From sequence record SRR31156797_962: a stretch of DNA of 64,000 nt. One strand, 5' to 3'. Both the position numbers and the translations under genes were made by a program. The notes under the pieces are model-generated. The model saw only the letters and a list, made by a program, of their open reading frames with translations. It did no database searches and was not told the DNA's origin. Positions 57,263 to 64,000 of the stretch are shown here, one piece after another. Numbering within the stretch: position 1 is the stretch's first letter; every line of letters starts with the position of its first letter.

Positions 57263-58357
57263 TTGTCGCTTGAGATTTTGGATAAATTTAATGACCCTGA
57301 ACTGTGTAAGGAACTTCTGACTTGTTTGCGGGACGAGCTGGATGGGGAAATACGGTTCATGGAGGTCTGCGGAACACATACTGTTTCCATTTTTCGCAGC
57401 GGGCTGCATTCGGTCCTGCCGAAGGAGGTCGTCCACCTCAGTGGTCCCGGATGCCCGGTATGTGTAACCCATGAATCCGAGGTGAACGCTTTTTTGGATC
57501 TCGCAGGGAAGGACGGGGTTATAGTTGCGACTTTCGGTGACCTGATCAAAGTTCCCGGCGACAAAGGTCACTGCTTGAAAAATGCGCAGGCCGACGGTGC
57601 CCGGGTGGAAATTATTTATTCCCCCTTTGATGCGTTGGAACTTGCGCGGAACAATCCTGACAGCACGATTGTTTTTCTAGGTGTTGGCTTTGAGACAACG
57701 GCTCCGACTATTGCGGCCACGGTCCTCATGGCCCAACAGGAGGGGCTTGAAAATTTTAAGGTGCTTTCCTTCCACAAGTTGGTTCCGCCTGCACTTGATG
57801 TTTTGATTTCCGACCCTGAAACACGCATTGACGGTTTTATCCTGCCCGGACATGTTTCCACTGTTATCGGAATACATCCCTATGATTTTATTGCTGAAAA
57901 ATATGGTAAGCCTTCTGTTGTCACCGGATTCGATCCTGTTGATATCCTGCAGGCTCTGCTTATGATGGTCCGGGCATCCCGGGAAGAACACCCGGTCATT
58001 CAGAACCAGTATGTGCGCGGTGTATCAGAGAATGGTAACCCCAAGGCTGTGGAAGTCATGTATCAGGTCTTCGAGGAATCTGATGCTCTCTGGCGTGGCA
58101 TCGGAATGATTCCAGGCAGTGGGCTTGAATTCCGGGCTGAGTTTGAAAAATATGACGCCAAGAAGATTTTTGATCTCAACATAGGTGAATGTCCGCCGCT
58201 CAAAGGTTGTAAATGCGGGGAGGTTTTAAAGGGCAAGATGACTCCTGAAAAATGTCCTCTGTTCGGGAAAGTTTGTACTCCCGCTAAACCGGTAGGTCCT
58301 TGTATGGTTTCAACTGAAGGCAGCTGCGCCGCTTACTTCAAATACAAAGTAGATTAA
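57263..58357 (+). CDS. hypD: Hydrogenase maturation protein HypD
   Basis: MEVCGTHT, GPGCPVC, GFETT, PGHVS, CMVSTEGSCAAY. Confidence 0.97.
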   Translation: MSLEILDKFNDPELCKELLTCLRDELDGEIRFMEVCGTHTVSIFRSGLHSVLPKEVVHLSGPGCPVCVTHESEVNAFLDLAGKDGVIVATFGDLIKVPGDKGHCLKNAQADGARVEIIYSPFDALELARNNPDSTIVFLGVGFETTAPTIAATVLMAQQEGLENFKVLSFHKLVPPALDVLISDPETRIDGFILPGHVSTVIGIHPYDFIAEKYGKPSVVTGFDPVDILQALLMMVRASREEHPVIQNQYVRGVSENGNPKAVEVMYQVFEESDALWRGIGMIPGSGLEFRAEFEKYDAKKIFDLNIGECPPLKGCKCGEVLKGKMTPEKCPLFGKVCTPAKPVGPCMVSTEGSCAAYFKYKVD

Positions 58358-58358
58358 T

Positions 58359-59366
58359 ATGTCCTCAGATAAAGTTTTACTCGATTACGGTTCCGGTGGA
58401 AGGGCTTCCCAGAGGCTTATTTCTGAACTTTTTCTTAAGCATTTTGCGAACGATGAACTGGACAGGCTTAATGACGCTGCCACTTTGAATTTGAACGGGC
58501 AGATTTCCATGAGCACTGACAGCTTCACCGTTGACCCCATCTTTTTTCCTGGCGGTGATATCGGATCGCTGGCTGTTCATGGAACAGTGAATGATGTGGC
58601 CATGCTCGGTGCTATCCCTCGTTATATGACTTGTGCATATATTATTGAAGAAGGGTTGCCCATGGAAGATCTGGAGAAAATCGTAAAATCCATGGGTGAA
58701 GCCTGTAAGCATGCCGGGGTCAATATCGTTACCGGCGATACCAAGGTCGTACCCAAGGGTATGGTGGATAAGATTTTTATCAATACTACCGGAGTAGGTG
58801 AAATCATCGCTGATCCTGCTCCCAGCGGAGACCGTGCTGCCGTCGGCGATGCCGTGCTGGTCAGCGGAACTATGGGCGATCACGGGTTGACCATTCTCGG
58901 CACCCGGGAAGGGCTTTCTCTTGAATCAAATGTAAAGAGTGATAGCGCTGCCCTGAACCATTTACTGGTCAAGCTGGTGCAGGAAATCCCGGATATCCAT
59001 GTTTTGCGTGACCCTACAAGGGGTGGACTTGCAACCACATTGAATGAAATTACTGTTTCCTCTAATGTTTGTTGCGAGCTTGAAGAGTCGACTATTCCGG
59101 TACTTCCCGAAGTTGCCGGAGGATGCTCATTCCTCGGTTTAGATCCTCTTTATCTTGCAAATGAAGGTAAGTTTTTGTGCATTTTGCCACAAGAGTACGC
59201 AGAGCAGGCCCTTGAAATTATGCGTGCAGACGAACTGGGTAAGGATGCATGTCAGGTGGGGACCATCACCGAAGCCAATCCGGGAAAGGTTATCCTTGTA
59301 ACCCCGCTGGGCGGCAGAAGACTGCTCAATATGCTTGAAGGTGAGCAATTGCCCCGCATCTGTTAA
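58359..59366 (+). CDS. hypE: Hydrogenase maturation protein HypE
   Basis: FFPGGDIG, GDTKVV, RDPTRGG, ANEG, C-terminal LPRIC. Confidence 0.97.
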   Translation: MSSDKVLLDYGSGGRASQRLISELFLKHFANDELDRLNDAATLNLNGQISMSTDSFTVDPIFFPGGDIGSLAVHGTVNDVAMLGAIPRYMTCAYIIEEGLPMEDLEKIVKSMGEACKHAGVNIVTGDTKVVPKGMVDKIFINTTGVGEIIADPAPSGDRAAVGDAVLVSGTMGDHGLTILGTREGLSLESNVKSDSAALNHLLVKLVQEIPDIHVLRDPTRGGLATTLNEITVSSNVCCELEESTIPVLPEVAGGCSFLGLDPLYLANEGKFLCILPQEYAEQALEIMRADELGKDACQVGTITEANPGKVILVTPLGGRRLLNMLEGEQLPRIC

Positions 59367-59394
59367 AAAAAAGGAAAATTGTTCGGTTATTTAG

Positions 59395-59423
59395 AGGCTT
59401 CTCCAATGGGGGAAGCCTTTTTT
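59395..59423 (+). terminator. Intrinsic terminator
   Basis: AGGCTTCTCC-AATG-GGGGAAGCCT plus T tract. Confidence 0.8.
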
Positions 59424-59493
59424 GTTACTAAATTGGGGTATGATATGTTTGTTGAACCATGCTATACTTAAGAAAATTTGTAAGGAGTATAGC

Positions 59494-60744
59494 GTGGAAA
59501 GCGATATTAAAAGTTGTATTACAGCCATCAGTAAAGTTGTCACTGAAGATAGCCTTACCATATTATTTCAGCCTGTCGTATCTCTTTTGTCTCGCGCGGT
59601 GGTCGGTTTTGAAGCCTTTGCCCGTGGTGTTGATGAAAGTGGTGAAACCGTTGCTTCTCCCGGCTGTCTTTTCAATTCCTCCCTTCCCATTCAAGCACAA
59701 CTTAAAGTTGAAGAAGTCTGCCTCAAGAAAGGATTTGAAGCTTACAAGCCCCTTTATGAAAGGTATCGGGATATGCTTCTCTTTCTTAATATTAATTGTG
59801 GAATATATTGTTGTGAAGAAAGCAAAGGCCGTAGTCCCCATCAATTGGCAGAGCTGTATAAATATTCCCCAAGAATGATCGTTTTCGAAATGGATGCAGT
59901 GCAGCTTAAGGAGAGTCCCCCATTGGATATGATTCGTTCTGTACGAGATAAGGGCTATCGGCTGTCGATTGATAATATTATCCCGTCAGTGGATTGTATG
60001 GAATTTTTGCATATAATTAAGCCGGACTTTGTAAAGTTTGACCGCAAATTTTATGAAGGAATTGAAAAGTCTGCTAGGATTAAAAAGAAAGTTTCTTCGG
60101 CTGTGGAGATTTTTGTCCAGTGCAGCGTCCTGCCTGTGGCAAAGGGGGTGGAAACTGAAGCCGAAGCCGTTGCCCTTATGCAAAGTGGTTTTTATCTGCA
60201 GCAAGGTTATTTTTATTCTGATAGCGCAGATGCAGAGGGTAGGGAAGATTCCTTTAAGGACAAGGTTAATCGTATAGGCCAGTCCGTAGGTGGGGACAAT
60301 AAAACAGATGCCGGGCATGTCCGTGAAAGATTCAGGAATTCGCATTTATTGTTGAAAAGTACCATGACCCGTTTGCAGCAGGAAGGGGATCGGGATATGA
60401 ATCGGATTCTTGAAGAACTACTCAAAAAGAATGCTAATATTATCTCAGTTTACGTTCTGGACAGTTCCGGCAAGCAGATGAGTAAACGTCTGGCCGGAAG
60501 GGCCGCCGATCCGTTCGGCTTGCGTATTCTTCCATCTGCCGTGGGGAGTGATCATAGCGGGCAGGATTTTTTTACTTATTTGAATTCAGGGTTTGAAAAA
60601 GCAGCTGGAGTATGCCGTCCTGATGCGCTTTGTCGTGACGGATACAATTATCTTGCAGGTTTTTATTACAAAGAAGGCAGCCGACGTGGTCAGATTTTGG
60701 TGTTGGAATATGTGAATTCACAACAAGAGGATGCAAAAGACTAA
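59494..60744 (+). CDS. Degenerate EAL-domain protein with a C-terminal sensor-like domain
   Basis: FQPVV, GFEAFAR, LFLNIN, VKFDR, QQGY; AAGGAG before GTG 59494. Confidence 0.85.
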   Translation: MESDIKSCITAISKVVTEDSLTILFQPVVSLLSRAVVGFEAFARGVDESGETVASPGCLFNSSLPIQAQLKVEEVCLKKGFEAYKPLYERYRDMLLFLNINCGIYCCEESKGRSPHQLAELYKYSPRMIVFEMDAVQLKESPPLDMIRSVRDKGYRLSIDNIIPSVDCMEFLHIIKPDFVKFDRKFYEGIEKSARIKKKVSSAVEIFVQCSVLPVAKGVETEAEAVALMQSGFYLQQGYFYSDSADAEGREDSFKDKVNRIGQSVGGDNKTDAGHVRERFRNSHLLLKSTMTRLQQEGDRDMNRILEELLKKNANIISVYVLDSSGKQMSKRLAGRAADPFGLRILPSAVGSDHSGQDFFTYLNSGFEKAAGVCRPDALCRDGYNYLAGFYYKEGSRRGQILVLEYVNSQQEDAKD

Positions 60745-62513
60745 ATTGAGGAAGAGAGGATTTTGTTTTTGAATCTTTTCTGGCGGAAAATTTTCATGGC
60801 GTCTTTGGATTTGATTATTCCTGCTACCGTGCCGTTCTGATTGACCAGTGGTAAAAAGGACACCCCGGTTCTTTCAAATTTAATAATGGCTTCTTTGAGA
60901 TTGGATTCTACAGGAAGTGATACAACTGTGCGGACCATCAAGGTGTCTACAATCTCAGCTCCGCCTTTTAAGTCTTGCGCATTTTTGAGGAAAGCTCGCA
61001 TGTCACGTAAGGTAAGGATTCCGGCAAGTCTTTTGTCTTCATCCAGTATTGGAAAATGAGGGAATTCGGAGTTTAGCACCATGTCGGCGGCCTTGCTTAG
61101 GCTGTCGGTGGTTAACAGGTAGTCGAATTCTGTTTCCATTATATCCTGCAGTGAGACATTTACCATGACCGATTCATCATGTCCGCGTAGAATATTTATG
61201 CCTTGACGTAATAATTTAGCTTCATAAACAGAGTAGCCCTTAAGTATGCGGACTACCAGTGCACTGGTGATGCAGCCTACCATCATGGGCAGGATTATCT
61301 TGTATGAGTATGTCAGTTCAAAAACTGTGAGTACTGCGGTTATTGGTGCAAGGGTGGTGCCTGCCACAACTGTTCCCATGCCCACCAGAGCATATTGGCC
61401 GTGGGTGAGGGCTAGCTCCGGGAAAAGCATATTGATGGTTGAGCTGACCGAGACCCCCAGTGTGGCCCCCAAAACCAGCGAGGGAGCGAAAATACCGCCG
61501 CTCATTCCTGAACCGATACAAAGAGAAGTGGCAACTAATTTGGCTACAAGCAGAAGTAATGCCAGATCAAGGGGCAGTACTCCGGTCAAGCCCATGTTAA
61601 CGGCTTCATAGCCCACTCCGAGCACTGCCGGAATCTTAAGAGCCATTGCACCCAGAATTAATCCGCCAAGACCGGGCTTAACCCAGCCAGGAATAGGTAT
61701 GTGGTCAAAGGTGAATTCGCAGAGTCTGATCATTTTTACAAAAGCAATGGAAACCAGTCCGGCGAGAATTCCAAGCATGAAGAATATGATCAGTTCTTCA
61801 AAATTGCTGAAAACAAATTTAGGTGCGTCGAAGGTAGGGAAGTCGCCCCAGAAAAATTTGGAAAGGGCGGATGCTGTTACCGAGGCTACGATGATGTGGC
61901 TAACGTAAGACATCTCTGTATCCAGAAGCAGAATTTCAATGGCAAACAAGGTCCCGGTGAGCGGAGCATTGAAGGTTGCTGCAATTCCTGCTGCGGCTCC
62001 GGAGGCCACACATACCGGAAGCATGCCGGGATCAAGACGGAATACTCTTGCTGCGGAGGAACCTAGCGAGGCTCCGATCTGCACAACCGGCCCTTCTCGA
62101 CCGACAGAAGCACCGCAGCCGATGAGCAAGCTGGTAACTAAAGCTTTAAGAAAGGTAATGCGGTGGCGAATTACCCCGCCCCGAACCGCCAGTGCTTTGA
62201 TCACTTCGGGAACTCCCGGACCTTGAGCTTCTGGAGCCCAGTTGGTGATGATTATCCCGGCGATCAATCCGCCTATGCAGGGTAGGAAAAGAACAAGCCA
62301 CCACGGCGAATTGGCCGTCATATCAAGAAAGGAATTGCCTCCGGCCCAGAATAGGTGCTGGAAATTTTCAATCAGCCAGCGAAAAATGAAGGCCCCACCT
62401 GCCGCGGCCATACCGATGGCTACGGAAAAGGACATAAGTAAAACGTACTGGACCCTAGGATTAAATGAGGTTCCAGTACGTTCTTTAGTTTTGGGGTTGG
62501 AAGAGGAAACCAT
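60741..62513 (-). CDS. ClC chloride channel/antiporter with two CBS domains
   Basis: GPGVPE, GREGP, FNAP, GGIFAP; C-terminal CBS pair. Confidence 0.95.
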   Translation of the reverse strand: MVSSSNPKTKERTGTSFNPRVQYVLLMSFSVAIGMAAAGGAFIFRWLIENFQHLFWAGGNSFLDMTANSPWWLVLFLPCIGGLIAGIIITNWAPEAQGPGVPEVIKALAVRGGVIRHRITFLKALVTSLLIGCGASVGREGPVVQIGASLGSSAARVFRLDPGMLPVCVASGAAAGIAATFNAPLTGTLFAIEILLLDTEMSYVSHIIVASVTASALSKFFWGDFPTFDAPKFVFSNFEELIIFFMLGILAGLVSIAFVKMIRLCEFTFDHIPIPGWVKPGLGGLILGAMALKIPAVLGVGYEAVNMGLTGVLPLDLALLLLVAKLVATSLCIGSGMSGGIFAPSLVLGATLGVSVSSTINMLFPELALTHGQYALVGMGTVVAGTTLAPITAVLTVFELTYSYKIILPMMVGCITSALVVRILKGYSVYEAKLLRQGINILRGHDESVMVNVSLQDIMETEFDYLLTTDSLSKAADMVLNSEFPHFPILDEDKRLAGILTLRDMRAFLKNAQDLKGGAEIVDTLMVRTVVSLPVESNLKEAIIKFERTGVSFLPLVNQNGTVAGIIKSKDAMKIFRQKRFKNKILSSSI

Positions 62514-62530
62514 ATTGATTTCCGCCCGGA

Positions 62531-63478
62531 TTATTTTTCAATCAGGGCAATAGCGCGCTGAGCCAATTCGGTTACTTCAGGTTTTGAAATCTGGTCGTCA
62601 GCACCAACAGATTCACCTTTATGGCGAAGTTTATCGGTAATGATAGAGGAAAAAAGGATTACAGGCAGTTGCTTCAGCACTTCATCAGCCTTGATGCGTA
62701 CGGTAAGGTTGTGCCCGTCCATAACCGGCATTTCAATGTCGGAGATAACTACGTTGACGAAGTCGGTAATGGGACGTTCTTCTTCAATGGAGCGTCGCTT
62801 ATGTTCCAGCAGTTTATCCCAACAGGAGCGCCCGGTATTGGCCATTTCAACTGAGAATTTGGCTCGGACCATCATTTCGAAGAGCATTTCCCGGATCAGG
62901 GTGGAGTCGTCCGCAATGATGGCTTTGTAACCTGCATGGTTGGTCCAGTCGATGGAATCGTCCAGTTGCAGTCCGAGGTCGGGGTTAAGCTCGGCAACGA
63001 TTTTTTCAAGGTCGAGAATCAGAGAGATTCTGTCTTCAAACTTAACGACCCCGGTAATGGAGTCTTCGGAGAGTGTGGACACATAATTGGAGGGAGCTTC
63101 AACCTTTTCCCAGCTGATCCTGTGGATTCTGGTTACCCCGGAAACGAGGAAAGCAGAAGAGACATTGTTGAATTCAGTAACAATTACTTTGGGAGGTTCT
63201 GTTTCAACGCGCGGCTTTTTGAGCCAGTGGCTCAGGTCCACAAGGGGAATTACTTTGTTGCGCAGGTTGAAAGTTCCCATGATAGCCGGGTGTGCAACCT
63301 TGGGAAGTTTTGTTATTTTATCAGGAATTCTGATGATTTCCAGAACCTTAGCAACGTTAACGCCGTAAAATCCGCGATAGTTGCCTTCGCCTTCTTCGCG
63401 CGGTTCTTCTTCAAGCCAGAATTCAACGATTTCAAGTTCATTAGTACCGGCTTCAAGTAAAATATCAGTCTGAGCCAT
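62531..63478 (-). CDS. cheV: Chemotaxis protein CheV (second paralog)
   Basis: GTNELEI, YGVNVAKV, SDIEMPVMDG. Confidence 0.93.
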   Translation of the reverse strand: MAQTDILLEAGTNELEIVEFWLEEEPREEGEGNYRGFYGVNVAKVLEIIRIPDKITKLPKVAHPAIMGTFNLRNKVIPLVDLSHWLKKPRVETEPPKVIVTEFNNVSSAFLVSGVTRIHRISWEKVEAPSNYVSTLSEDSITGVVKFEDRISLILDLEKIVAELNPDLGLQLDDSIDWTNHAGYKAIIADDSTLIREMLFEMMVRAKFSVEMANTGRSCWDKLLEHKRRSIEEERPITDFVNVVISDIEMPVMDGHNLTVRIKADEVLKQLPVILFSSIITDKLRHKGESVGADDQISKPEVTELAQRAIALIEK

Positions 63479-63579
63479 AAGTCTCTCCGATTAAATTCAG
63501 ATTCTGTAATTCGATTACAATACGTATATTACGCTTTAAACAGTGTTATCGTCAACAATCGCTTAAAAAAAATAAATGA

Positions 63580-64000
63580 TTAGCAACGGTCACGGGTAAG
63601 GGTGGATACCTCACGTGCAGCTTCGATGAGTTCGTCCCAGTCTTCGCAGGCGGTGAGCTTTGTTCTGATAGCCCGAATGCCGTCCATTCCTTTGGCGTAG
63701 CGTGGCAGTATGGATCTGATTTTTCTGAACGAGCGATTGCTGCCGTCAAATGCGCGGGTCATATGAATATGCTCTTCCATGGTCTTGCCGAGATCGAAGG
63801 GTGGCAAGTCAGCACATTGAGGATCGTTGAGTGACTTCAGGTAGCGCGCGAATATTTCGGGATCGAAAAGGGCGCCTCGAGCAAACATGATCCCGTCTAT
63901 CCCAGTCTGTTTGATGCACTCCATACCATCTTCTGCAGTGAAAAGGTCTCCACTGCCTATTACAGGGATGGATACATTCTGTTTCAATATAGCGAGCTTG
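63580..64000 (-). CDS. tRNA-dihydrouridine synthase (Dus family), 3' part; truncated at window edge
   Basis: IPVIGSGDLF...DGIMFARGAL. Confidence 0.88.
   Translation of the reverse strand, partial: KLAILKQNVSIPVIGSGDLFTAEDGMECIKQTGIDGIMFARGALFDPEIFARYLKSLNDPQCADLPPFDLGKTMEEHIHMTRAFDGSNRSFRKIRSILPRYAKGMDGIRAIRTKLTACEDWDELIEAAREVSTLTRDRC

Noticed and set aside
55552-63478. Two cheV genes as a recent duplication
   Set aside because: The proteins are substantially diverged, and multiple CheV paralogs are common.
1-64000. CRISPR arrays, IS elements, integrases, prophage, or an island at the tRNA
   Set aside because: No regularly spaced repeats, transposase or integrase motifs, and I saw no second copy of the tRNA 3' end; housekeeping genes follow the tRNA directly.

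Overview
A 64 kb chromosomal window from a sulfate-reducing Desulfovibrionaceae bacterium; gene content and style suggest Maridesulfovibrio (inference). In order, it holds: the 3' end of a probable tRNA-Trp, an M50 protease and trpS; an ArsR/SmtB-controlled metal operon; two divergent signalling operons (periplasmic binding proteins, histidine kinases, HD-GYP, PilZ, Hpt, REC-STAS); FAD/Fe-S oxidoreductase-ruvX-mltG; a class V aminotransferase; a TetR-SulP-phosphorelay operon; a TauE operon ending in DUF362 and hypF; a ModF-like ATPase, cysQ, ThiF and PP2C; the sigma54-driven flgBC-fliEFGHI cluster; a stand-alone IMP cyclohydrolase, hflX, infA and csp; two cheV genes, hypDE, a degenerate EAL protein, a ClC channel and a partial dus. 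I saw no transposase, prophage or CRISPR array. The strongest finding is a small gene missing from the ORF track (1798..2001, minus strand). It encodes a CopZ-like [2Fe-2S] protein with an in-frame TGA at a conserved Cys-Cys position, followed by a SECIS-like hairpin, so it is a probable selenoprotein closing the metal operon. All assignments were made by eye from motifs; no database searches were run.
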